Origin: Podarcis gaigeae
Taxonomy: Eukaryota
Length of the DNA stretch: 64,000 nt
Reading direction: 5' to 3' (one strand)
NCBI GenBank assembly: GCA_964106915.2
Contig: OZ066922.1
How positions within the stretch are numbered: position 1 is the first letter of the stretch; each line of letters opens with the position of its first letter. This document shows positions 25,793 through 38,266 of this stretch, one piece after another. A program made the translations under genes and the position numbers. Under the pieces are notes generated by a model. The model was not told the DNA's origin and did not search any database. It was given only the letters and a program-made list of their open reading frames with translations.

Positions 25793-27253
25793 GCCTAAAG
25801 TATGAACAATTTCTGCACAGTTATATATTGCAGCACTTGCTCCTTCAGCATAGATTTTAATGAAAAAGTGACACTGTGATCTATTTTATTATTTATTGTT
25901 TGTCTTCTTTCGGGATGCATTGCAATGACAAATGCACAGGATACTAAAGAGAAGAAGCAGAGATGGTACAGTAATATGTCAACATAAGAGCTCTTGTTTC
26001 ACAGGTGCAAACAAATTATTCCAACCCTTCCTTATGACCATTTCGGTCTGATTTTCGTTTCATTTGTTGAGAAAGGTTCTGCAGCTAGGTGTGCACTTGA
26101 AGAATATTGCTTCCCCAAGGAATCTTGGGAACTGTCATTTAGCTTCACACAGCTCCAATTCCCAACACCCTTAAACACGCACACATACACACAACTACAG
26201 CTATTTTTTAATATATCATCATAGATTAGATATTACATTTCATCAAACCTCAAGATTCATTATACTGCAGTGTCAGTATCGGCTTAGCAGAACCGCATTG
26301 CATGCTCTTGGCTCTTGTCTGAAATGCTTCCCCACGTTTGTTTATATGCTTGGCGGAATAGATCTATTTGTTTTATAAAAGTAAGCATCTTGGCAAATCC
26401 TTTTGTCAATAGAATGTTCATGAAGCAGATGTCAGAATCAGAAGAAAATCTCTCAACAAAACATCTGCTTTTTTTAGGAGTCCACTCACCAGCCTCTTTA
26501 GTTCCAAAGCTAGTTTTAGATTTAATAAATGCAACATGCTGAACAAGACAACACTGCACACTGAAATGTTTTCATTTAATATGCATTTATAACATATTTT
26601 AGAATATTTTTAGCATTAAAAACCATGGACTTAACTATTCCTTTAAAATTATCTTGTATATTGCTCCATTGTACCCAAGGGATTGATTTTACAGTACCTA
26701 GAATGTTACAACTTTGAACTACAGGCTTGATGGTGCTATCAAATTCAGCGAGACCTGGTATTTATGCTCCATGAAGGAAACTGACATTTGACTTTTTGAA
26801 AAAGTTTAGAGTATATGAAAAATCTTGCTGCAGATTACTTTTACCATCAAGCAACTAACCTTTGAAGATCTATTCCAATAGGAAACTTCATAAAATGCAA
26901 CTTTCTGTCATAGTCCTAGTTATACTCAAAAACCTTTTAACCTTGTGGAAATTACTTATTGAAATTAAGGGATAGGCCATCATTTAAATAATATCTCAAG
27001 AAGCACAGCGCAAAAGCAGTGTTGGGGTCAATGTAGTCTGAAAAGATACTCAAATTGCAGGAAAGATGACAAAAAGCCATGTGGCTTTTTAAATATGAAC
27101 TACTTTGTTGCAGTGTGGGCTTCTCTAGGCAAGTGCTTGTTTATCCTGATGCATCAAGTGGGAAGTGAAGATGTGTGTCCATGTATGAACCCCATATGTT
27201 CTCAACAGCTAGCAAAGGCTCAGAGTGGAGAAGGCAGGGAGGAGAAGACTAAC

Positions 27254-27423
27254 AATGGCTGCTAGTCATGATGGCTATGCTCTGTCTCTGCAGTTTGAGG
27301 AAGCAATGCTTCTCAATACAGAGTTGCTAGAAACTATGGGAGGGGAAAGGACTCTTGTGCTCGAATCCTGCTTGTGGGTTTCCCGTAGGCATCTGGTTGG
27401 CCACTGTGAGAGCAGGATGCTGA

Positions 27424-27468
<45 letters not shown>

Positions 27469-27558
27469 TTATTATATCTAACCCACCCATCTGGTTGGCT
27501 TCCAACAAAAGATATGGACCACTGGCCTGATTCTGCAGACTCTTCTTAGGTTCTTATG
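27254..27558 (+). mobile_element. CR1-type 3' end interrupted by (AAT)14
   Basis: ggcatctggttggccactgtgaga.caggatgctg ... atggaccactggcctgat ... tcttaggttcttatg tail; microsatellite at 27427-27468. Confidence 0.65.
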
Positions 27559-28129
27559 TGTGTGCTGCATGCTTCAAATAAGGACCAACAATGTAAACAG
27601 GGTCCATTTTAACCCCCATCTTCTAATGGTCGTGTGGCAACAAAGAACATTTGACATTCATTTTCTGGTCATGCGGAAGCAACATCCTGAATATTCTGCA
27701 GCACCAGAGGAACACCTCAACTTCACGATACTGTTCTAAATCCAATACACATCTGCATTGCTTTTAGTCTAGTCCTGCCCCACCTTTGTAATCTTTCCAT
27801 ATGCAAGGAGATTTCGTCATCGTGGTACCTCATGTATCCCTGAACATCTGAACCAGAAATTAAGCTGTGGCCAAAGGTAAGAAGACTTCCCAGCCTTCTT
27901 TTCACCTTTGATCTACAATAACCATGTGTGGAATCCCACAAATGTTTTGGAGAGGATATATATTGTTTGGAGAGGAGATGCTAAAATACAGGATGCTGGA
28001 ATTTTTTAAAATCAGGTTTGAAGATTACATTTCATTGTTCATTGAATTTTCAGGTAAATGTTTCCCACTGGTTTAAAAAGGGAAATTACTGACCATTAAT
28101 TCCAGGGTCTAAAATTGCCTAACACAGGG

Positions 28130-28455
28130 ACATAGGAACTTGCCTTATACAGAGTCCGACCACTAGTTCATCTAGCTTAAGCACTGTCTACACCAGCGGT
28201 TCTCATCCTGTGGGTCCCCAGATGTTGTTGGACTACAACTCCCACCATCCCTGAGCTCTGGCCTTGCGAGCTAGGAGTGATGGGAGTTGTAGTTCAACAA
28301 CACCTGGGGACCCACAGGTTGAGAAAGGCTGGTCTACACTGATTGGCAGCCGTTCTCCAGGGTTTCAGTCAGGCAAAATTCTCAGCCCTACCTGGAGATG
28401 CCAGGTACTGAATCAGGGACCTTTTCCAGGAAAAACAGAGGCTCTGCCCTTCCCT
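28130..28455 (-). mobile_element. tRNA-derived SINE with CR1-like tail (Squam2-like), split by a MITE
   Basis: cataggaacttgccttatac..gaccact.gttcatctagct.. | ..gcagccgttctccagggtttcag..ccctacctggagatgccagg.actgaa.cagggacctt; degraded relative at ~30070-30200. Confidence 0.7.
28194..28331. mobile_element. Palindromic hAT-type MITE nested in the SINE
   Basis: Long inverted arms; perfect 8-bp TSD gtctacac (28186-28193, 28332-28339). Confidence 0.9.
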
Positions 28456-29690
28456 ACATAGCTGCATCGCTCTGCAACAATATTTTCTTGCCTGTTCACT
28501 GCAGTGTGTACTGTATACACCAGCAGTCAAAATGCTCAAATGAGCACAGTCAAGAGCAGATACAACACATATCTGGTGTACTTTTGAAAATTAACGCTCA
28601 TGGAATAAGCATCACAATATGTCTCAATATGACGGTTCAAATGGACACTCAGTATCAATGCTGGCAGTAGTGATTGTAAACACATAGTCAGCGACTGTAC
28701 AGATCCTACTCTAGGAAGTGCCTCAATCTCCCTAAAGTACTTCCCAAAGCAATTCCTGTCTTTGCACTCCATCATTAAATAAGTTGCTCTCTAAAAGTGA
28801 CCTTGTATTCCTTTGGGGCCCATTGATCGTGCTGGATAAACAGAATGGATCTCACAATGCTAATACAAATCTTTTCAATCCTGCAAACAGAACTGTCACA
28901 ACCTCAGCTCAACTGTGTTGTCAGAGCATACATATTCTGGAATGTTAACTCAATGCCCTTAGCTCTTCTATTCATGCCATGAATATGCAGAAGGGCATTT
29001 CATTAGCTGATAATATTTAATCATGCTAGAACTCTTACTGCATTTCTATTTTTCATCCTAAAACACAGAGGAACCTTAATCAGATTTTTGTATTCTATCT
29101 TGTTGGAAATGTAAGCTAGTAGGATTTTAATTAAGCCATTTTAATACTTTTTTTTAAAAATCCCTAATACAGTCAGTTTTCTAATTTGGATATATGTTGC
29201 TATTTCTTTCTTTCAACAGAATGGCCACTTATTTACCCAAACCAGCCAGGAACAGTTTGCGAGGGATGGACAGGGGCATGTGTCTCCATGATGCATCCCT
29301 GTGTTGTCAAGCTTTGCAACTATGAAAGCATCTGCTTTTCTTAAGATGGCAGAAGCAGGTCAAGGATCATCTTCCATACAGAAATCAGTCTACTGAAATA
29401 AAATTGTTCAATACAGTTTCAATGAAGTGATATATATGGAGCAAAACCTTGGGTTTAATTAAAGCTAGGATTAGGATTTAATTAAGATTTTCCAATATAT
29501 GAGGGTTATGAAATCTCCTCTCCCTGGAAGGATTCTGCAGATATCTTGGGATGGTTCAGTGAAGTCTGCAAACCACTGAATCAAATATGTATCTCAAATC
29601 TAAAGAATGGATGCATCATACCTAATTATATTTTAGGGTCAGTCAAGCTCATTAGAATGAGAGGTAAGTGACATAAATATGTACACCAGC

Positions 29691-29862
29691 CAGAGGCAGA
29701 TTTGAGGTAGCAGGATTGGTTCACCTGCACTGGGCACCTGCTGAGGGTGCCACAGGGAGTGCTGCAACAATGACGAATAACAGAGGGCAAGAGGTGGAGG
29801 GGCGCCAAATTTGGCATTACACAGGGTGCCACTGAAATGTTAAAGCCCAAAGTTCACCACTG
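29691..29862. mobile_element. hAT-like MITE, degenerate
   Basis: cagaggcagattt ... aagttcaccactg termini; flanking caccagc / caccagt. Confidence 0.5.
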
Positions 29863-30565
29863 CACCAGTCACACTTCGGTTCTATAGTCTCATTTACTCA
29901 GAACTCTCATTTAACTCAATGGAACTTAACCCACGTCAGTGTGAATGATATTACAAACAATATACTGCATTGCTTGATGAGTCACAGTGGCAGAGATTAA
30001 CAGCTTCTGTTGATAAGTATTTTATTTTGGGTTAAGTGTAATTCTGTGCTTGTTTCAAGGCAATTCCAAACATAGGAAAGTACCTCATACAGACCTCTGG
30101 TTCACCTAGCTCAGTATTTACAATGATTGGCCATGGCTCTCTAAGGATGTCAGACAGGAGGTCTGCATAAAGATGCCAGAGACTGAATGCGGGTCCTTTG
30201 TACACGCATTGTACCTCTCTGTCCTAAAATACTGTCTCTGATATTTGATCAATAATGGATAACTTAAACAAGCAAAACATCACTTCTTTTTGCAGTACCT
30301 GCCTGCTTCAAATACACATCCAAAGTCTACTGTAGTGCATACCATGCACAACTTCTGCCAAGTTATTCCTCTGAAAAATGTGGCTTGGAGGCAAGAAAAG
30401 CAAGTGGCATTTTGATCATGAAAGAGGTCCTTCCTTCTCCATTTCAAAGTGACCTCCCCCAAATAGCTTCTGATGATTAGGGGACTCTCCATAATGGCAA
30501 GGAAGTCACAGTTGGGAGGGCAGGGGAACCAAGCAATTTTGATACAATATAGAGATTACGCTATA

Positions 30566-30920
30566 TAGGAATGGAGGAGAAATTCAATTCATGTCTCATT
30601 TAAAGCTGAATCTATCCAATTACACTTTCCAAAACAATATGTGAACCGAAACACAGCTAACCTTCGAAATTTGGACTTCTCTGAATTTTGCTATGCAGTT
30701 TGCCAACCGCTCAGTGTTTACAAAAATGTATAAATTAGGGGAAAATGTATATAAAAATAAACATATTGCTGAAAATGACACACACCAATGCATTATATTA
30801 GGGGGTATTGCTTCTAAAAAAGTGTACATTAGTTAACACTGCATATAAAATGTGTTTATTAGGAGAAATTCACACTAAAGAAGCTGATGGATTCTTTTAT
30901 ATATATATATATATAAAATC
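30566..30920. repeat. Old AT-rich interspersed repeat (probable hAT family with TAGGGATG-type ends)
   Basis: Shares ttctctgaa.ttt..atgcattat.ttagg..aaattcacactaaa blocks with 36690-36990; reverse-oriented relatives at ~43690-43965 and ~61027-61420. Confidence 0.5.
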
Positions 30921-31695
30921 ACAAATCTCTGCAAATATTGCTGCAGGCGCACAACAAATGATTAACTAATGATGTGCAGACTGGGCAATTATAAAATAGG
31001 CATAAACACAGATTTCACATAATCTATGGTAAGCCATAACTTGTGCACCAAAAAGATTTTGTAAATTTTAAAGAAACTTTATGCAAGGTCAGTAACTTGA
31101 TGGAAAGGAATTCAAAACCACCTCCCTAGCCCTGCTGTTCCAACTTTGTCCCAGGGGATCATTGGACTGCCACTGTGAATTAATTTGTCATTATATTCTC
31201 CAAAGTGACTCATATATCATGCCTTGTAGGTAGTTACAGGTGGTTCCTTTTTCTCTTTGTCTTAAGAATTCGTTTTCTCTGGCAGGTAAACTTCAACTGA
31301 TATTAAGAAGAGAAAAGATATGCTTGGTAACACTGTCAGAATAGATTGGCTTCCTGTAGCAGAAATATTACCTGCAGCATTGCATAAATTTATACATCAG
31401 TATTTCAGTACTGATGGCAAGTGAGCATTGTGCCATAACCACAGCAGGACTTGAGTGCTCACTACCAAATCATCATATAATATAACTAACTGTGGTTAAA
31501 GGTACAGTTATCTGCATGCTGTCAGGGTTGGATATGACACAACAGATCTACCTCTGAGCAAAACTAACTTCCACTAAGGGAAATACATTCTACAGAGAGG
31601 TGAAAAATATTTTGAATAAGTGGGGGAAAGAACAGAATCCTAAAATGAATGAGCAGAAGACAATGCAACAACTAAACCTCAACTACATCCGAAAA

Positions 31696-31876
31696 CAGGG
31701 CCGTCTTTAGCATATGTGGGGCTGGGGTGCAGAGCTTTTTTAAGGGGGCCAAGTCAAGTCAAGGAGGGGAACAGCGAAAACCGCTAACTTGAAAAAAAAA
31801 GTGGCAGCAAGAATTCCGTCCCCCAGAATTCGGCGCCCAGGTGCACCCCTTGCACTCCCAAGTAAAGACGGCCCTT
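31696..31876. mobile_element. hAT (Tip100-like) MITE
   Basis: TIR agggccgtcttta / taaagacggccct; TSD tccgaaaa (31688-31695) / tctgaaaa (31877-31884), the difference being a CpG transition. Confidence 0.82.
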
Positions 31877-34217
31877 TCTGAAAAATTGCAATTATGGTAA
31901 ATTTTATTTGTGCTGACATTTTTAAATGATGTCAACTGATTGCTTTAATTAAGGTGCAAGATGTTTATACATGTGCATCTTTATTCACCAGTACAAAACA
32001 GCACTGAAGTTGTAAGAATGCATAAACACTTTGGGCTGGTTCACACATATAACAGTGTCACCAGATTCAGAGTGTCCTTTGGCTTGTGTATGCCCACAAT
32101 AACTCACATGGGCCAGTAGTATACCTAAATACATGGTAGATGGACAAGCCCCCATTAGATCTAATCAACTCTTGAGTTGCTGTACATGGAGCAAGGAATA
32201 GGGCCACGCTGAGTAGCTCCACTCTGACATTGCACACTGCATTCACACCTTCTGCCAACATCTGCACACGGAGTGTTTCATACATCTAGTTGTACATGCG
32301 AAGGCTTTCCTGGATTCTGGATCCTGAAGAACTGGCACCCAATTCTATGGAAACCTTCACACATGAAGCTCATGAAGGCCTCCGCCTTACAGGCATTTGC
32401 ACTGTATGCACAGATGTTAGGGGAAGGTCTGGATGGGATAGTTAGGGATCCTTAAGAAACTAATTATTTGCAGATACTGATAGAAATGGACCTGATATAC
32501 ATCTTCCAGGTTAAGTACAAACTCGTTATCCATTGGTTTTCACACTTCCTGAAAGTTCTGATTCAATTGTTAACACACACACACACACAAAAAGTACACA
32601 AAAATTTTGCAGTGTGTGTTTTGAGAGAAAATACATTGAGAACTGTATATTTAAATTCAAAATTTTATGATCGTTTTGGATCCAATACTACTGTTCTCCT
32701 GGTGCACAAGACTAGCTATTACTTGTGCAACTGAAATTTCCCTTTGTCTCCTATTCCATGCAGCCCCCCATGACCACACGAAACCTACTTCAGAGGAACC
32801 ATTCCAAGCAGATTTTGAGGGTTATATGGGGAGAGGAATCCTTGTTACATGTGTGATCTCTGCACACTCAGAGTTGTTTTCAAGTCACAGATGTATGCAG
32901 AAATTGAATGGAACAGGTTTATGGATGAATACATGCAAAAGTGATGCAACAAGAAATATATTGATTTATTCATCCTTATGCTCTACACTCAAAAGCAAAA
33001 AAACTTTAAACTGATTGCAAGATTAAAATCCTATTATTCTAAGTTCAGCTATTAGTATTAAGAACATCTTCTCCATAACATGCAGTTTTTGTGCTAGTGA
33101 AATGTTAACTTTCTAGCACAGAAACCTGATGCACTGAATAAATAAATGCAATGTGCTTTGTGCTGGGTAATAAATGCTGTGTAATACTATTACAAAAATC
33201 TCTTTAATTAAGGATACTTTGAATGGGGACAGATATGTTACTGAGACGTCTCCCAGGAAACTGATTTAGCTAATGATAGCAAATGGCAATAACAGTTGTT
33301 TAATCAGGACACCATTAGCATAAATTCAGTTTAATGGGGATACATTTAGATTGTGGTAAGTGGAGTTTAAGCAAGTGAAACATAGGTAGGATTTGAGAAA
33401 CTTTTAATCTATTAATCACTGAATGAATACTTAGATTTTCAATCACAGAGGAACTGGCAATCAAGCAGAACTCACCAAAGCAGGGGGCAGTGGGGGAAGA
33501 TCCCTGAAAAACAAAACTCTGCATGGAAGTTCCCTCCAGTATAGATAATTTCTAATCAATACTTCAGCACTTGACAGTGAGCCTCCTAAGGAGCTTCATT
33601 CTCACCCTTCTTTTCACAGAATTCCTGAACCCTCGATCCCCCTCTATTTAGATTACTTTAATGTTTCTAGCACTTGTTGACCAGCAGGGAAGAAATGAAT
33701 ACACTTCAAAACCAGCTAGTATGCTGAATTTTGATATATTCATTTGGATCTGTTTTAGGTTTGGGTTTTAAAAACTACTTGTGTGAAAATTCAGACTACT
33801 GGCAGATTTTGTGTTGCAAAGAATAAACACATGGCTCAAAAAACAATATGCTGCTATGGCTGCTACAAAGCAAGGAGGCGCTCAGGAAATGTGATTTCTC
33901 TCACATAGGTAGTTAGCCAGCAAGTTCTATTTGCGTGGAGGGCTAAAGAATAATATATGACCACTAAAATATGAATGACACAACCTAAACAGTTTGGGAC
34001 CCAATAATCTAAAACAGCACCTCCCCTGATATCAGCTATATCAGGTCTTACCACTGTCACTGAGCCACCACTGACCAGCTGGATTGACCCATGGCAGGAT
34101 CTTCTTCATGGTGGCTCCCAATTTGCAGAATGCCCTTCCTGGACAGGTCCTTCGGTCTCTCTCATTATTGACATTAAGCATTCTGGGTTAGCCAGGCACT
34201 GGATAGCTGAAAAACAC

Positions 34218-34652
34218 TGTTCCTGGCAATCTCGAAATTATTAGTTGTGAGCGTATGCTATTGGCTCAGAGGGAGAACAGGGTCAGGGAGAGTGACCCTC
34301 CCTCCTCAGAAATGCCAGCTGCTGATTCTAGAGATAGCATGAGGCAGGCTGAGTTTGAGTTGGAATTGGATCGAGAGGGGGAAGGAGAAGTGGAGGAGCA
34401 ATCCCTCCCAGAATCCCCTCGCAGTCGACGCATGAGCAAACTCCAGGACCGACGTCAACCCTGCAGGAGGTGGGGTCCGGGTCGGAAGTTATTCTGTTGT
34501 TAAGGGAGGGCCCAACCATTGGGGCTATCTGACTCTTCTGAGGATGAATGACCGTGAGGGTTCGGACTGAGCTACTGTGTAATTACCCAATAAATCCAAG
34601 AAACTGTAAACCTGTTGGCATGCTGTTTCTTGGTGTGATCATAAATCCAACA
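34218..34652 (+). mobile_element. Solo LTR, 435 bp, with internal acidic/basic reading frame
   Basis: TGTT...AACA termini; flanks aacac / aaaac (4/5); AATAAA at 34589-34594; frame open from LTR base 2 to 34503. Confidence 0.65.
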
Positions 34653-34671
34653 AAAACTAGAGCTGCAGCCT

Positions 34672-34743
34672 GTTGAGATTCCTGCATTGGACCACAAGAC
34701 TCTTAAGAGTCCCTTTCAACTCTACAATTATATGACTCTATGA
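34672..34743 (+). mobile_element. CR1-type 3' tail remnant
   Basis: gagattcctgcattg..gtccctttcaactctacaattatatgactctatga. Confidence 0.6.
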
Positions 34744-35053
34744 CATACTTTTCCATTCATGAGAGGTCCTCAGAAACCCCACTGCCACAAACTGACAATT
34801 ATCCCCTAAATCCAAGATGACAGTTCCAGCTCATGTGACACTCACACACCAGGGATATACCTTGTAACATTTTCTTGTAGGGACCCACTTACCTGTATTT
34901 TATGTTGTTATAATTAATTAATAGAATGCACATGTCACTTGATTGTTAACAAATAAAAACCCTCAAAAGTGGTATACAATGTTTAAATTTTTACTTTTTT
35001 TGTTATTAGCCTGTAAAAATGTTCATCTGCACAACCCAAAGAGAATTCTTATA

Positions 35054-35295
35054 CAGTGGTACCTCGGGTTACATACGCTTCAGGTTACATACGCTTCAGG
35101 TTACACACTCCGCTAACCCAGAAATAGTGCTTCAGGTTAAGAACTTTGCTTCAGGATAAGAACAGAAATCGGGTTCCGGCGGCGCAGCGGCAGCTGGAGG
35201 CCCCATTAGCTAAAGTGGTGCTTCAGGTTAAGAACAGTTTCAGGTTAAAAACGGACCTCCGGAACGAATTAAGTACTTAACTCGAGGTACCACTG
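35054..35295. mobile_element. Tigger/pogo-like MITE (12350 family)
   Basis: cagtggtacctcg TIRs, TA flanks; extra tandem copy of ggttacatacgcttca. Confidence 0.92.
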
Positions 35296-35759
35296 TAATC
35301 GTTTCTGGGGGGAAAAAAGATCTACTATGCTAGTCATGGAAATTCTACCCAGTTACTCCCCCAGCATGAAAATCCCAAAGAGCTCCATATCGACTAGTCC
35401 CAAATATGAACCATCATACCACGCAGTGTTTCTTTTTTGAAAGAACCCATTCATTCAGCTCAAAAGTAAGGCTGATAGCTACTGGCGCCTGTTATTATAG
35501 TTTATCTGGGAAAGTGTTGAAATATGACATTACAAGTAAGTCTCTAAAAGAAGCTCCACATGTACAAAACATATGAAAAATAGGACTCTTTATAGGCACC
35601 GAACATGCTAAGTGTTCAGATGACCGTGTATCCTTAAGCATAACATTGGGGTAACAGAACTTTAGAATAACTGGTGCTTGATACACCGACCCAGGATTAA
35701 TCACTCATGCTCTGTTGTTGTTCTCTCTCTCTTTTCCAGCTGCAAGCTGAGCATGGGGT

Positions 35760-35891
35760 ATTGATTTTTTAAAGTTCACACTAGATGTAATCATAAGCAT
35801 GGAAATCAGAAAGTTGAAATTAAGGCATTGATTTGGTAAAGTTCACAATAGATGTAATCATAAGCACGGAAATCAGAAGACTGAAATTAAA
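35760..35891. repeat. Two-copy tandem duplication, period 67 bp
   Basis: aaagttcaca.tagatgtaatcataagca.ggaaatcagaa..tgaaattaa at 35771 and 35838. Confidence 0.85.
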
Positions 35892-37101
35892 AGGTTATAA
35901 ACAGTTGAAAGTGATGGAAATATAGTACAAATGAATCAAGCTAAAAGTGTGTAGCGTGATGCGTGCAGACCTAGAAGTGGTGTTTCAACACCGCACCTGG
36001 AAAGTAAGACAAAATTTCACAGATCTCTTCCACAAAGGCCTTTTCAGTAATAAATGATCATAATAAATTATAAATTGCTATTAGATTACCAGGCCTTCAC
36101 ATCTGACCTCTATGCGCTGTTTGCAAGATGTTTCTTAAAAAGCATATTGGGGGAGCAAATCCCTTCCATTTAAAGAAAATAAGGTTCTTAAAGATTTACT
36201 CATGTGGCAAAAAGCATGGAAATGGCAAGTCGGGGCACCTAGCCTTAACTTCTATGTCACGTAAGCAATAAACACACAGACTCAAATAATGTGCTCACTG
36301 ACAATTACACTTTACCCTCCATGCATGCACTCTTACTTGGTCTTTCAGACTAAATCCTCTTCCTTTGCAGTTCAAGAAAAGTTAAGTCAAAAGCCTTTAA
36401 AATTGACAGTAGATGTACCAGTTCCTTGGTGTTTTCTGGCGCACAGTGCAAACTAAAGACGTCTTTACATTGATGCATATTTAAGATGCTTGAAGTAATA
36501 GATCCTTTTGAAACATCCTGCTCTTTATTTCACAGACGAATCTGAAGACTTCATTCACCACTAAATATTTTTTGTACTTCTGAAAATGTCAGAATTAGGG
36601 ATGAAGGAGAAAATGGATCCAGTTTCCATTTACAGGTGAACCTACCTGATCTACACTTTCCAGAACTATATGCCAAGCATTCTTTGAAATTTGCACTTCT
36701 CTGAACTTTCATTGCTCTCCTCCAGCCAAGTAATGGTTTAAAAATACATATACTTGGATAGAGTGTGCATATAAAAGCATGCATTCATTAAGATAACATA
36801 CAAAATGCATTATGTTAGGAGAAATTGCTTTGCAAAATTTTGTATATTAGGCAATATTGTATACAAAATGGTACATATTATGATAAATTCACACTAAAAT
36901 AATGATGAATGTTCTTGAGTACTTGTTGAGGGTAGGGGGTAACTGCAGACTGATGTGGAAATGTGGAGAACGGAACTTCAGATTGAAAAAATTAGAAATT
37001 CATAGGAAATAAACCTCCGGTGTATAGTGAAATCCTAAGCTTATTTACCCAAAGGAAAGTTTCTTTAGGATCAGTGGAACTTACCCACTGGTAAGCATGT
37101 T

Positions 37102-37515
37102 GTACGGAAGTGAGAGCTGGACCATAAAGAAGGCCGATCACCGAAGAATTGATGCTTTTGAGAATTATGGTACTGGAGGAAACTCTTGAGAGTCCCATGG
37201 ACTGCAAGAAGATCAAACCTATCCATTCTTAAGGAAATCAGCCCTGAGTGCTCACTGGAAGGACAGATCGTGAAGCTGAGGCTCCAATACTTTGGCCACC
37301 TCATGAGAAGAGAAGACTCCCTGGAAAAGACCCTGATGTTGGGAAAGAGGAGAAGGGGACGACAGAGGACAAGATGGTTGGACAGTGTTCTCGAAGCTAC
37401 CAGCATGTGTTTGACCAAACTGCGGGAGGCAGTGGAAGACATGAGTGCCTGGCGTGCTCTGGTCCATGGGGTCGCGAAAAGTCGGACACGACTAAATGAC
37501 TAAACAACAGCAACA
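37102..37515 (+). mobile_element. RTE-BovB LINE, 5'-truncated 3' end
   Basis: Near-identical to 9101-9540 (RVPWTARRSNLSILKEISPECSLEGQIVKLRLQYFGHLMRREDSLEKTLMLGK); 9-bp TSD aagcatgtt (37093-37101, 37516-37524); 12-bp internal deletion. Confidence 0.95.
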
Positions 37516-37550
37516 AAGCATGTTTAGGACTGCAGCCTTAAGTACATTTT

Positions 37551-37552
<2 letters not shown>

Positions 37553-37597
<45 letters not shown>
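37553..37597. repeat. (AAT)15 microsatellite
   Basis: Direct reading. Confidence 0.95.
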
Positions 37598-37599
<2 letters not shown>

Positions 37600-37885
37600 A
37601 CATTTAATTACATGTTAAAATGCATATTTAAATGTGAATTGTTTTGGCTTTTAAATTGCTGATTAACATGGAATGGAACAAAATTATGGGTGAAAGGATG
37701 GAAAAGTGTCATGGAACAGAAATCAAGCCACCCTTTGCTATGTTCATTTGCTGTGTAGGAAGAAGTTCAATATTGTGCTGATGCTGGCTACAATGGAATG
37801 CAAGTTTAAATGAGCAATTATGGGTTCGAAGATGTAATAGGCATGTGAACAATAGGTCCATGGCTAGAACCAATAGAATAATAAC

Positions 37886-38266
37886 ATCCTCAAGGTCCCA
37901 GGCCTCAGAGAGGTTAGGCTGGCCTCAACTAGAGCCAGGGCCTTCTCGGCTGCGGCTCCAATCTGGTGGAACGCTCTGTCACAAGAGACTAGGGCCCTGC
38001 GGGACCTGACATCTTTCCACAGGGCCTGCAAGACAGAGTTGTTCCACCAGGCCTTTGGTCAGGGCGCAGCCTGACTCCCTCCTCTGGCAACCTGCACAGA
38101 ATATTGCTTAATTGGTTGCCATTAATTTGATTTTAATTAATTTTTATAATGAATATTTTGAATGTGTGATTATTTGATTGATTATTTGATTATTGTTAGC
38201 CGCCCTGAGCCCGGCTTCAGCCGGGGAGGGCGGGATATAAATAAAATTTATTATTATTATTATTAT
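37886..38266 (+). mobile_element. L2-clade LINE 3' fragment, younger subfamily
   Basis: Peptide LKVPGLREVRLASTRARAFSAAAPIWWNALSQETRALRDLTSFHRACKTELFHQAF; tail gccgccctgag..gggcgggatataaat(tta)n; possible TSD taataac. Confidence 0.8.
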
